NCBI RefSeq assembly: GCF_033153115.1
Contig: NW_026889758.1
Coordinates: 38,316,001 to 38,380,000 of the forward strand
Reading direction: 5' to 3'
Source: Saccostrea echinata
Taxonomy: Eukaryota
Length of the DNA: 64,000 nt
In this document: one piece after another, positions 1 to 31,741 of the stretch
How positions within the stretch are numbered: position 1 is the stretch's first letter
How the letters are laid out: each line of letters starts with the position of its first letter
Notes under the pieces: generated by a model
Database searches by the model: none
What the model was told of the DNA's origin: nothing
The model's input: only the letters and a program-made list of their open reading frames with translations
Position numbers and translations under genes: made by a program

Positions 1-18704
<18,704 letters not shown>

Positions 18705-21069
18705 TTTATTCCTTATTTATATGAAATTAGACGGAACTGTTTAGAAAACATTTGCTGCACCTTGCTCACTTGGTATGAAAACAGCCAAATTCGAAACGGG
18801 AAATACTAAAGTCAACGTAATGTTAGAGCCAAACCCAGCAGTATATTTCCCGGATAAAGATGACAGGCATATTTCGGGAGAATCCGTGAACTTAGTTCAC
18901 TTTTTATTGTATAATGTCAAGAGTTTAAAAGATCATTCATCTAATGAATATTAAAGGCCCGTAATACCCCCTTTATTTATTTTTACTTTGTTCTAAATTT
19001 AGTAGAGACTTTTTTACTCCATATTTTCTCAGTTGCACGGGCCGGCGGTCTGCAAATCCCGACGCCTATGAATACATGTGACGTAGAAATAAATACATTT
19101 ATAGAATACGAAATTTGGTACTATTTATACGGATTTTAATCAGAAATTGTTTCCTTAGTCGTCGATTTCCACAATACAACCTGGCATCGAGTCATCGACT
19201 ACTTGATACCAAAAATTTCTTAACAATGATGGAACCAAAGACTTCGTTTTCGGAGTTCACGCCGTTTTTGGAGTTCATCTAGACTGCAATTTACTATATA
19301 TCAGTTGAAAATGTCACTCAACCATGCTTAACAAACTTGTCGCAAGCAGGGATGTAGCATCGTTTTTGAAATTGCGTGTAGGAAGGGGGGGGGGGCAGAA
19401 AAAAAATCAACTTACCTAAAAAAAAAATTGACAAGTAGAAAAAAGGAAAATTGTTCAAACTCGAAAATCCTATTTCGTTGGGGAAGGGGTAGGTTCAAAC
19501 TTCTTTCTTTTTATATATACACTACTACATTACCCTTATTTGACTACACTACAACAAAAAGTGGTAGGGGGGACCGGCCTTTCAATGAACATTTTCAAAA
19601 GTAAAAAGTTGTATTTGGAAAAAAGGGGGCAGCCTCCCCCCCCCCCCCCCGATGCTAAGTGCCTGACAAGAAACTCTTTACTAACCGAAGAATGGCTAAA
19701 TTGTTTATAGCTAGATAAACAATGACGATCCTATCGTCAAAAACCCATTCCATTGATTCCGCTTCGTGCCTCTCATTGATGGAGAGAAAAACGAAGCGTA
19801 ATAAACCGTGGGTTTCTGACGATGTGGCGATGATCGGTAAGAATTTTAAATTTCGCCTCCTTTTCTAATAAAGGTAATTTAAGAGAATTTCTAGGACAAG
19901 TAAAGTGAAAACATAACAGTGAAATGTATTGGGGGGGGCGTGAATTTACCCAAAAAAATTGCAGTTTTTTTTTGTTTTTTTTTTTTTTTTGAGAAGGCCT
20001 TCGGTCTGTAGCCATATTTTTCCCCGGAGAGGCTGTACATAGATGTAGCTGTGAAAGGTCTATCATGCAAAAACAGTTTTGTATATTAATATCATATAAT
20101 ACTAGTAATTAGATGCAAAGTTTCACACAGTTTTATGAAAATCAACGATACATTTTTTAAAACATATTTTCATCATATTTACACTTTAAAGTCTTTCTGA
20201 CTTAGAAATCTTTTTATACATACAACATAAGATATTTGCAAATCTAACTAATCCCTACAAGGCAGGAATTGAGACCAGAGGCGTCTTAGTAATTAGCACA
20301 TATAAAGTGTATTGTGGTTGTGGTGGTGGTGGTGTGTGTAAGGGGGGGGGGGGGGGTCACATCCAAGATATATACTCAAATTGCAACTCATTGAAAAGCA
20401 AATCAGTTTGACAAACCACAAAGAAAACGTGATTAATGAGAAATTTAGCAATTTGATAATTGATATCAAAATAAGTTGGGGGCTGCCTCACCCCGACTAC
20501 TCCTATAGGGGCCAATTATAAGGTTCAGTTTTACTCTTAAAATTCCTAGAATTCATGAGCTTATAGGAACTTTACACCCTGAACCTCCACTTGGACCCAC
20601 TAGGGGGCCCTTTGCCTCTGAAAATATATTCCACCCTCTAAACGGAAATTCCAAGATCCGCCCCTGGCGGACTTGGAAATTTTGAAAACTTTGGATTTCA
20701 ATAGAAGAGAGGGTATATCATGCGTCTGGGTTGGGTTCATCTAATGATTTATTGCTGACAGTGGTTCATTGTTAGTGGTGTGACCGAGGCCTGCAACTGA
20801 ACCTTGTATTCGTGAGTTTTCATATTTTCTGTTAAATATTTCCTGTCTTATTTCTAGGAAAAAATAAAGTAAACTGATTTGGCAGTTGAGAAAAGAAATG
20901 GATATTGAACAGCAGTCTTATGTCTCTAGCCAATGTCTATGGTGGATTTAAATATCACAAATTTAAATATCTATCCCTAGATTGATATTGCTAAGTCCTT
21001 GTTTTTGTTGTTACTATGTGTTGTCACAATGTCCATATTTTTTCAGCCTAAGATCGCCCGAGACAGAAA

Positions 21070-22278
21070 ATGACAAGTAAGTATATTTCTCATTACATGG
21101 TAACAACCCGGCCTGAAAATCGTTAAATGACACACATTGTATAGCAAAAAAGGCCTAACAATATTTAAACTAGGCCTTCTTCTTGTTCTTAACAGAAACG
21201 AGTAATTTAATATCCTGCATGGACTATTATATAGAAAAAATATCAAAACATGTATCAAATATTAATTATGTAAAGTACACGGACTGAGTCTGAACCAGAA
21301 AATTGTTCTCAGAACTTGGGAGGCTGATTGACTGTAGTTAGTATAAATGTACTTTAGTTAGTACAGAGTATTTGTACTACTTCATAAATCTTTTATTCTG
21401 TTTAGGTGCCTGGTTGGTATTGCGAGATATTTGGAAAGACTTCATAATATGCGATGGAAAGAAAGTTGAGATAGTAGGAGGATTTCGGGGGTTTAGAAAT
21501 ATCCCTCCTGGGAATCACACGATAGAGAACTATGGAGCAAAGCTTGAGGTAGATTTGAAGCCGGGGGAGGTGAAAGTGTTTGTTTTAGATAGTCACAATA
21601 AGGTGAGTTGTGCTAGCTTCGTGATGTGATTCGCAGACTGCCAATCAGTCTGGTATAATCCGAGTACAAGTTCATATCAAGCTTATAGATTAAATGTCTG
21701 GGTGTAATTAAGTGTCTTTTAGAGTAATTAAAGGGTCATACATATATATGCCTAACAATCTATATTTTATTTCTTTTTATATATAAGTATACAAAAGACA
21801 TTTTAACAGTCTTTCTTTTGCTACGTTCTGGGGGAAGAGACAAACTTGTATTTTTACATTGCCTTTACTAAATGATTACTGTGTTAACATAAAACATACC
21901 CCCCCCCCCCCCAGTTCTTCAAATGGAAAGTTTCTGAGTGCAAAAACATCATCTCTGGGTTATATAGATTATTCTTCATGTATTTCTTTCTGTGAAGTAA
22001 ACCCAAATCAAAGAAAGGGGGGGGATGAAAATCAGAAAATTGAATGTTCGTAGTTTTTAAGCAAATTTTCTACATTGCATTTTTTTTAAAGATATCTCAT
22101 CGGGGATTTCTTGGACAAAGTTTCCAACTAGATTTTCAAAATGATGACTCCTAAAAAAATGTTTACTATGATTGAGCAGGTATTCAAAAGATTCTCGGAA
22201 GAAGAAGATGATTTTGGATTCCACCATTTAGCAAAGAGCGGTGCGATGGGCAAAGCGTTATATGAGTGGCCGACTTGA
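21070..22278 (+). CDS. 100-aa protein resembling a stand-alone AAR2 N-terminal beta domain
   Basis: Exons 21070-21076, 21406-21602, 22180-22278 (303 nt, phases consistent): MTSAWLVLRDIWKDFIICDGKKVEIVGGFRGFRNIPPGNHTIENYGAKLEVDLKPGEVKVFVLDSHNKVFKRFSEEEDDFGFHHLAKSGAMGKALYEWPT*. FRGFRNIPPGNH resembles AAR2 FRGVKMIPPGIH. Probable 5'UTR donor at 20810 and acceptor at 21046. Confidence 0.75.
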
Positions 22279-23014
22279 CGCACAAACTGAACCAACGGTG
22301 ACCATTCTTAGATAGATTATGTGCATATCATATCATGTCTAAGCATGATAAACTTATAGTCTATAAGATGAAAAAAATGTTCATAAGTGCACTTTAAACT
22401 AAGCGGACCGATTCCAACAACGAACAAACAGTTTATGTTGTGAATGTAATGAATGCATTTGAAATAAATGATTTTACACGTGGTCTGAATAGTTTTGCTT
22501 TCACTACTAGGTACAAAGAATTCAGCAGTACTGTTAAATGAACAAACCATTTTACGTGTGTTTATTGTATAAGTTATAAATAATCTTAAGATTGAAATAC
22601 AAGTCTCTGAATGGACCAGGGCGGGACACGTCATGTTCACATGAAATATTTGAATCAATTTTAATGTCTAGAGATTTGTATCGTGTTCACATCAAAATTC
22701 GTGAAAGTTGTATAATGCTTTAGGATGGATGTGTAGCTTCATTTTATGTGGCCATTTTTTTTGACGTCGGATTTTTTTTTATATATATACAATCGCGTCT
22801 CGGCGACTGCCGACGAAGATGATATCGAACGTTTCCATAAACACTGTTGAACAGCATGTGGTTTATAAGCTTAGGTAGATGTATACATAAACTTTATGCA
22901 TCGTCGCAAACCACGGCCAAAATGTACGACCCTCTCCCATTCTGGAGAGAGCTATATGCGGACTCCGGACCGTGGCTTGAGACGATGAACTTTATGCGGA
23001 TCTTCGAAAATACG

Positions 23015-24035
23015 ATCAGAGGCCCATGGACCACAACGCTCACCTGGGCCTCCTGTTCTTCAGAGGAAAACATTAAAAGTATGTTTTTTTCCTCTTTTTA
23101 TGCATTTCTTTAAGGTGTTTCTGTTTGCATTAAGTAATATTCTGAGCTACCCTTCGTTCTATTCTAGCTATCTTCGTTCATTGGCCGTCTTCCTGGCTGC
23201 TGCCCAGTGATTCGTTGAAAACAAACATGTAACTAGGTATTACGCGAGAGATTTGACAAACCACATTCAAATTGAAGTAGGCTGAGCTAGTAATTCTTCT
23301 ATTTATAGCCCATTATCAAGGTTTTCAACTCTCCATATAGACAAGACACGCTCCTACCAAAAAGAAGTACGTTTAGCCCTTGATGTTAACCTTCAATTTC
23401 AGCAGGGACCTATATGCTAATAGTACAGGTTCTGATGTCAGGGACTGGATATGAAGCTTTTTTTCTAATAAATTAGTATACAAATGAAATTAAAAAACTG
23501 TTTAAAATTATATGTATTTCGTGTTTCTGTGCCTCTTTGATTGAACTCCGTCCATCAACCAATCACTGAATCAGCTTTGAAAAAGGTTCGCCTATAAGCG
23601 AGGGCATTGTTTAACACCGACTGGAATAAAGAGTGAAAAGAATTATGAAAGGTATTGAAATGAGTCCTAGTATTTCATATTGAAAAATATTGACTCCATG
23701 TTGTGGTTAGGGCCAAGGAGTTATGATCTAAAACTTGAATCCACTCGAAATTGAGATGCTTTAATATAAATATGACTTACATGGCCACATCGCAAATTAA
23801 CCTCAGGGTCCACAATTTGAGTTTAAAAATGAATCAACAGAACTTAGGAATGTTTGTATATTGATATGATAGACCGTTGAATGAGGATGTGAATCTTCAT
23901 TTAAACAAAATGAATCCCTTTACCTAAGGATGTTTTGTGGCAAGTCTGATTGAAATTGGTTTAGTGGGTTTTGAGAAGAAGCCAAATAAACGGACGGAAT
24001 GCTCATTTGAGTTTTAAGCCCAGGTGAGGTAAAAG
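23015..24035 (-). mobile_element. Non-autonomous Helentron/pearl-type element
   Basis: Reverse-strand terminal boxes agaggcccatggaccacaacgctcacctg (23017) and gctcatttgagttttaagcccaggtgaggtaaaa (~24001-24034), with degenerate satellite monomers between them. Confidence 0.7.
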
Positions 24036-24350
24036 TTAGATTTTATCATTTATGGAATCGTATGTTACTGTTTATAAAATTCGTGTTTCAATTTTTTGGC
24101 ATTGGTTTATTTAGCAATTAAAAAAAACATAACAACTAACAAACATTTCGAAACAATATCGCAAGGATAAAAAAAAAATAGATAACCTGTCATCATATGT
24201 CACCGAAGTCCGATGTTCTCAATAGTTAAGATTATGAGTAAATTGAAAGTTTAAATATAAACAATAAACTATTTGATCTGCGTAGATGATCAGTTTTGTA
24301 ACATAAAATGTTTCATTTGCTCCATCCCCAATCTTGTCAACAACTGTAAC

Positions 24351-24566
24351 TTAAAGTAGATGATTAAATTCCGATCTTTGATAGCGTTTGTTACTCATGA
24401 AACGTGCCCTTGTTTGTAGGGCTATTTTGATTCTGTCACACTGGGGAATCTCCATTCGTGGCGGATCTTCATTCTGGCGATCATCTTCCTCATGTTTTAT
24501 AGATTCCGCCTGGTTACCGGAAGTATCCTCCACATCGTCCTTGGTATCCTCCGCTGACATTTGAAC
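24351..24566 (-). CDS. Possible terminal exon of a small unknown gene (acidic N-part, basic C-part)
   Basis: Acceptor ctgtaacag| in frame with VQMSAEDTKDDVED...RYQRSEFNHLL*. An exon-like segment at 25682-25586 exists, but no clean full model could be built. Confidence 0.3.
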   Translation of the reverse strand, partial: VQMSAEDTKDDVEDTSGNQAESIKHEEDDRQNEDPPRMEIPQCDRIKIALQTRARFMSNKRYQRSEFNHLL

Positions 24567-25894
24567 CTGTTACAGTAAATGAAATCTTTCGTATGAACAT
24601 TCGGCACAACGATTAAATATGATATATTTATATGATCATGCATTCGTCCTTGTCCTTGCCATCTTCACAATGTCAAGGTTTTATGATTACGGATGTCCTT
24701 TCGTCTTGTTCGATTGTCTTACATTTGTGAAAAATAAATAAATAACAGATTATGCTGTTGTTCTGTCTACTACTACAAATGCATAAAGTGCGAGGAGTCT
24801 CTACTACAATTTGTGTTAATAATAATGTTTCGCTCAAGTAGAAAACGATAGCAAATAACATTTTACGTCAATGTTGATATTCCAGGGCTATTATTCATTT
24901 CATAGACTTCACTCAGGAGAATTCGACCAAAAATATCAATCGATTCAACTGAATAATTTGCTTAACATCATGAAAATGGGTCGGTTACTGACTGAATGCA
25001 GATCTTGCAGAATTCTACAAAGACGCCGTGTACTCGAGACAATAACATCTGAAAGGTAAACTACAGAAGCAAAAATGTTGAAAAATGATATTTTTAGGGA
25101 ATCCATCAAATAATTCGTTTCTTATGAAATTGTATGTAAGATCTTTGCATTTAAACATGTACATGGCTGAAAATTATTGTTTAAATGCACTGTTTTCTTC
25201 GTCAATTACCATTGCCACAACAACATTGGTTAACACATGATCAACGCAGGAATGTCAAATTCTGATATTCTTTTCATCTACGTTTTTACTAGCAGTTCAA
25301 CAAATCATTAGTATATGCGGCATATGCAATTGCAATAGCCTGCCATATATACTTTTGGATCAATGGATATCATAACAGTATAACACAGATTAGATTCTTC
25401 TTGAGGTGCATGACTTCAAGATAAAAATCTTTAGTTTTAAATGTGAATGAAATCAATAGATGATATTTAGAAGATTTCGTCAATAAATGGTACAAACGGA
25501 CACCATGTTCGAAGTGAAAGACTGGAATGAGTGGAGATGATGGTATTTTGGTTTTATATATACAAAAGAAAATAAAAAAGCTTACGTGCTAGTGGTCCAA
25601 TTCCTCGACTTCTCCAATGTTTGTCATATGAACTCTTGACGATTCTCTCGCCGAGTCGACTCGCTTTAAAGGCTAATTGGGACTGTAGAAATCAGCGTTA
25701 AAGGTACATTGTTTATAGATCTTTTTTTTCACAGGAGGTATATAGCAATCGTTCACGCGTCAACTTATAAGAGGATTTACAAGGTCGATACACTGCGAGG
25801 ATTTAATGAATGTGGACATTTTGTTCCTGTCAGGGACGTGCGTTTAATTATAAGTGCTGGTTATACGAATATTCTGTTTGTCTATTGGCTTAAA

Positions 25895-26702
25895 ACACGA
25901 GACCTATGGGCCACAATAGTCACGTGAGATATCCTACTCTTATAAAGTTTTGGCATGGTCACCCTATTCACCGGGTATATCCCAACATATGGGATGTATA
26001 CTATGTTGTGCACAGGGTGTATGCTTTTGAAGCGATAAAACGGGAGTCGAGGTACGTTTTTTGTCTAATTTCTCAATTTATTTCGCCGGAAAGCATCTGC
26101 TCACGGAAGAAAGCATTTTTAGGAACATATGGATACATGTACCTATGAATCCATCGTACACTTTCTAGTTTCATCAAACACCTCAACACAATTCTGACGA
26201 TTAGAACAAGATTGGCGGTACATTGTGTTTATGTATAACATTCATTTTTCGTCAATATTTTTTAATACGAACTATTTTATTTCCAGACAATTAATTTATT
26301 CATACATTTATATGAGTAACATGTTTAATATAAAAGTGATGATATATCAAAGCTTTGTTCTGATATTTGATCATAATCACAATGTAGCGTCAATCTTGCT
26401 CTGATCTTCAGAATTGTGTTGAGGTGAAACTAGACAAAAAACGTACCTCGACTCCCGTTTTATCGCTTCGAAAGCATACACCCCGTGCACAACATAGTAC
26501 ACGTGACTATTGTGGCCCATAGGTATCCACATGTTCATAAAATAATGCTTTCTTCCCTAAGCATATGCTTTCCAGCAAAATATATCCATATATTGAGAAA
26601 TGTGACTAAAAACGTACCTGAACCCCCGTTTTATCGATTTGAAAGCATACACCCCGTGCATGTAACATAGTATACACCCTGCACGTTGGGATATACACGG
26701 TG
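25895..26702. repeat. Rearranged foldback/inverted-repeat structure, probably TE-derived
   Basis: 25996-26066 vs 26431-26500, 25902-25926 vs 26500-26524, 26165-26233 vs 26372-26433, and 25969-26060 vs 26610-26702 are reverse complements. Confidence 0.8.
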
Positions 26703-27744
26703 TGATTGTTCAAACTTGAACAATTATAGTGTTTAAGGATGCTCACGTATGAATTTGACATTTGCAATGACAATTATAATTATTCAGTCGTATTAAAACG
26801 TTGAACCTCTGATTCTAAGAACTAATTTATCATTTAACAGAATATACTCAGTAATTTAAAAATTTACTACAGGTATTAATTAACATATCCAGAGACATAA
26901 ATAACATGTGTCTGAAACACAGCGATAATATAAATATTGACAGGAAAAAATGACAAAATCCTAATTTACAAGGCGAACTGAAGACGCTCCGTTTTGTTTA
27001 ACCTTTGAAGTTCTTAACAACATGTGCACAAGAGTTTTTGGATTATAGAAAAATGCCTGAAAACACTGCGAGTAGCTTTTATAGTTCTCTTAATTTATGG
27101 CCTCGTGGTTAAATATCAGCAAAGATAAAAATCCGGTGGATTTAAGTGTGGTAAAAGTACGGACCACACTTAAGTAAAACTAAATGCCTGAGATAGACCT
27201 AGACATATAGAAAATCTAAAGTATCTTGTTTGTTTTTATATCTTTATAATTTTTCTCTTTTATTCTAAGCTCTCTGATCGGCACAAACCTGATCACAAGA
27301 TCAAGTATATAGACTTGTATTACTATTTAAAGATTCTGAAATGCATATCGACATGAAGTTTCTAAAAATGGAAATAATCTTTTATAAAACAATAATAGTG
27401 ATGACTTCACAATTATATAGCTTATATGACTTGGTGTTTCTGAAATAAAAAAAAATGCATGTACTTAAACTCCTATAATTTATAATTGTGATGTTCTGTA
27501 ATAATTGTTCAGTCGTAACAATGCCTTATAAGGATCTAATTAATATTAAAACATTTTAGATACGTTATTCATAAATTGATATAATAAAACAAATGTAGCC
27601 TTTTAAATAAGTACATTTCCTAAACTAATCTATCAGTATAAAGGAAACACAATTATTAAACAGCTTAAATTATTTTTATCTCTAGTCTCTCTGTGTTTAA
27701 AAAAAAGACAAGAGCGAAAACTTGTGGTTTGTTCCCATTAATTA

Positions 27745-29765
27745 GATATGGGTCTTGTTGGTATTATCCCACACGGTGAAGGCGTATTCGACCTGGGGTC
27801 TCACTAGAGTCTTATAACTGGTTGCCTTGATGGACCGTGGGCAGCCAGAAAGTCTACGGCTCAAGAAAGCAATGGTGTTGTTGGCTTTTCTTGGGATGCT
27901 ATTTATATGTGGTCCCCAGTTGAGCTTGTTATCGATGGTAACGCCCAGGTACTTTGCTTTGGTGATCTGCAAAGTTTGGCCATGGATGGAATAATTGGCC
28001 TCAATTATACGTCTCTTGTTGGTGATGCGTATAACTTCACATTTTTCTGGGTTGAAGCTCATCATCCAATCAGACTCCCATACTTGTTTTAGTCTTGCTG
28101 AAGAGTGGTCGTGTCCTCCTCATTGGTAATCTTTAGGTACACCAGGCAATCGTCTGCAAAGAGTCTTGTTGTGGATAAGTCATTGATGTAAACCAGAAAC
28201 AACAGTGGGCCAAGCACTGTGCCCTGGGGCACTCCAGATTTACAGGAGCAGCTGATGATATCTCCCCATCAACAACTTAATTCTTCTATCAACAAGAAAG
28301 CTTCTGATCCATTCCAGTGTCTGTCCTCTCACACCATAGTGCTCCAGTTTGATGGCTAATCGATGTTGGGGAACTTTGTCGAAGGCTTTGCTGAAATCAA
28401 GCAACACTGCATCCATCTGATGGCGTTGGTCAACATCCCAAGAAATCCCGTCCGATTTAGCTTTGAGCTGAACTCAATACAAGTGCTATTAACGCTAATC
28501 ACCGATATTCCCCTAAGAGTGATTTGAGACAATTTATGGCAGAATCTTGTAGAGGTGGATCTAAAAAAAAACACTTTTACAAATATTTTCCTCGGATGTC
28601 ATTGATAATTATAGCATTTATTTCCTTTAATATACTCAATATTATTTTGCTACCACGCGTTCTTCTACTTTTTGGCATGTGGAATTTATTTAAATTTTAT
28701 TTAGAATTCATTAAATTTATCTTGAATTTGAAATTTAGCGATTTCTTTTTCATTATAGCCTTAAAATATTTTTAAATCTAAGGAGGATCTATAGTGTACA
28801 AGTCCCTCTATGACACCGTGAGTTACCCCATACCCTGCATATTTAACTTACCCCTTGAGAAGAAGGTAAACATGGACTATTTACACCCTTAATTCCTACT
28901 ACGCCTTCAAAGGCAATATTTCTCAATATTTGAAATTTTAATTTTAATTCTTTTCCCCCAGACACTCTCCTTCCCACCTATGCCCTAAAATCAGCCCATT
29001 CCACTCCGTATACATCCGAAGACATATTTATGAAAAAACCTGTGTTTTTATATGGCACTACTTGGTCAATGAAAAGGGGTAAAATTAGTAACCTGTGATA
29101 CGCTTATACTTTATTAAAAAAATAAGGGTTACAAACTCAAACATGTATTTTAGTTTCCGTTTTATTTTAATTTGTTTATCGTTTACTCGTTTATTTTCTA
29201 TAATTATATGTTTCATTTTAAACTCGTTATTATTATTGAGCACGTAGGAAACTGAAATCACGCCCCCCCCCCTTCCAATGAAAGGCGTTATCATGCGCAT
29301 TGCATGACGGGACGGAAAACTCTCGTTTGGGGGTATACCCCTGTTCGGGGGTTCGACCAGACTGCTTATATTGTTCTTTTAAAGCTTTAATTTAAAATCT
29401 GAAAAAGGGTTGGATCCTTCCCTCAACAGTGCTGCCATCATTTGTCTCGCATCACTCTCATGGGTAATATAAAGATTAGCGTTAATTGCGCTTTGATTGA
29501 ATTCAGTCTAAAGCAACACCGGAGAAAATCCACAGAATTTCTTCCCATGGACTGCTTGCTAGATGATGGATTAATGTAATCAGTTAACTTTCACATGATC
29601 GTCTCTTTCTAAAGCCATGCTGCTGGTCAGAGAGGATGTTATTTCTCTCGAGATGTTTAATGACATGGCTATGAACTGTGTATGCTCCAAGGTCTTACAG
29701 CATACAGAAGTGAGAGACACAGGGCGAAAGTTAGATGCCTCAGATTTATTCCCTTTCTTGAATAA
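27745..29765 (-). mobile_element. Degenerate CR1-clade LINE reverse-transcriptase fragment, split by an insertion at 28434-29549
   Basis: Minus-strand motifs [90 protein letters not shown]; frameshifts present. Confidence 0.92.
28434..29549. mobile_element. Non-autonomous DNA element with ~130-bp imperfect TIRs and no visible TSD
   Basis: catcccaagaaat...attaacgctaatc...gagtgat..gagacaa..atggcag matches the reverse complement of ~29410-29549; removing it restores the in-frame LINE codons AGC AGT CTT GAC CAA (LASSLDQ). Confidence 0.8.
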
Positions 29766-30622
29766 TGGCGGTCGCCCCTTCTTTTTTAATTCGGCTTCTC
29801 TTTGGCATGTGACTTCATGGGTTAAGCAAATTTTGATCTACTGGTGTTTTATTTCGCCATATATTATAATTATTGAAGCTCATATGATATGACAGAACTG
29901 TTCAGCATCATCATTGAAAATGTTCAAATATAAACTAACCATGTATATTCCCCGTATATTCATTACACAGGGTTACTATAAAATTAACTGAACACTGCAA
30001 GCTAACTCAAACAAACTAATAAAAACATTCGTAAACACAAGCCATCTTCATGATTATCAATATTATTTTTTTCTACAGACGCTAAGTTTGAATTTCGATC
30101 ATAAAAAATACCTTGAAAAACTTTAATCAACTTCTATACGTAACGCCAGTTTTATACATGTACTTTATCTTTTCTAAAGTAATGGACGTTTGTAAACGGT
30201 AGTACATTAAATAGAGATATTTCTTCAATTATGTACCTTTCTATACTGTCTTGTGGGAAAAAAGCGTTTCAAATATTTACGTTTTTTAGAAATGGAACAT
30301 CGTATTTTAAACTAACGCAATCGACATGATAAAGAGCATTACGAAATCGCTCGTTATTTATTGTTCATTTTATTTACAACTCTCCAAAATTCTCCTGAAT
30401 TTACCGATGAATATACGGTTAGCAATATGATTTTGAACGGATTATTATTTAATTAATGCACAGTGTCAGCTAAATTCTTTGAGCTTCATAAGATAAAGGT
30501 GTGTGGGTAAACACACGCTAATTATAGACGCTATTGTTTGTACATGTAGGTCACAGGTAACCGCCTTCAAACTGACTGCATGGCCAATGTTTTTACAACA
30601 ATTAACACGAATGCAAGATAAG

Positions 30623-31234
30623 TATGGTGTCCGGATAGGGCCATTTGCAAAAGCTCAACAGCGCGTTCAGAAAAACACGCCGTCGCGCTGACACACAACA
30701 CGCTGTCACGCTAACACAAGTTCGCACAACACGCCGTCCCGCTAACACACAACACGCTGTCACGATATCACACAACACGCCGTCGCGCTAACGCAACTTT
30801 ACACGTCACGCTGTCACACAACTCGCTAACACAACTTTGTGATAGCGCGAATGCGAGTTGTGTGTTAGCGCGACGGCGTGTTGCTTGAAAGCGTGTTAGC
30901 GCGACGGCGTGTTGTGCGAACTTGTGTTAGCGTGACAGCGTGTTGTGTGTAATCGCGACGGCGTGTTGTGCGAACTTGTGTTAGTGTGACAGCGTGTTGT
31001 GTGTAATCGCGACGGCGTGTTGTGCGAACTTGTGTTAGCGTGACAGCGTGTTGTGTGTAATCGCGACGGCGTGTTGTGCGAACTTGTGTTAGCGTGACAG
31101 CGCGTTGTGTGTTAGCGCGACAGCGTGTTGTGCGAACTTGTGTTAGCGTGACAGCGTGTTGTGTGTTAGCGCGAGGGCGCTTTTTTCTGAACGCGCTGTT
31201 GAGCTTTTGCAAATGGCCCTATCCGGACACCATA
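30623..31234. mobile_element. TATGG-ended foldback MITE with 4-bp TSD (TAAG) and inverted 57-bp CpG-rich minisatellite arms
   Basis: ~50-bp perfect TIR tatggtgtccggatagggccatttgcaaaagctcaacagcgcgttcagaaaaa; taag on both flanks; ~5 units of 57 bp in the right arm. Confidence 0.88.
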
Positions 31235-31741
31235 TAAGTGTGAAAATGTCGTTTCTTGAAAAATTATCGTCCGGATAAACGAGTCATTTTTTCAATGAAC
31301 TATAATTTTTTGTAGTAGAAATTGACCGTCCGGATACGGAACGCGAATTTCCGGATTAATGAGACAAAATAACGTGGAAAAAATCGGTTCCCAAAAAATA
31401 TCGTCCGGATGGTGAAGCGTCCGGATAAACGCGGCGCCACTGTATTTGGCGGCCGCCAGATAAAATATTTTCTAGCTGGCACTTACCGGCTTCCGTATTT
31501 TCCAAATGCTTAATTGATTAAATTTTTTCTCGCATGTCAACATAGTTTTTATGTTGCAATTTGACATATTGATGTTTTATATCGACATAATGCATGTTAA
31601 CATATATAGAAAAAAATTGCATAGAGGGGCAGAAACGTCCTTTCCGTTCTGGGTTCTAATATTTAGACACCATTTTATCATCCTTCTTCCAACTGACTAA
31701 CTGACCTGTTCGGTCGTCATAATTTTGGCTGTTCGCGGAAG

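Noticed and set aside
30865-31212. 115-aa repetitive ORF / CRISPR-like appearance
   Set aside because: It is the translation of a 57-bp minisatellite inside a MITE; there are no unique spacers and the context is eukaryotic.
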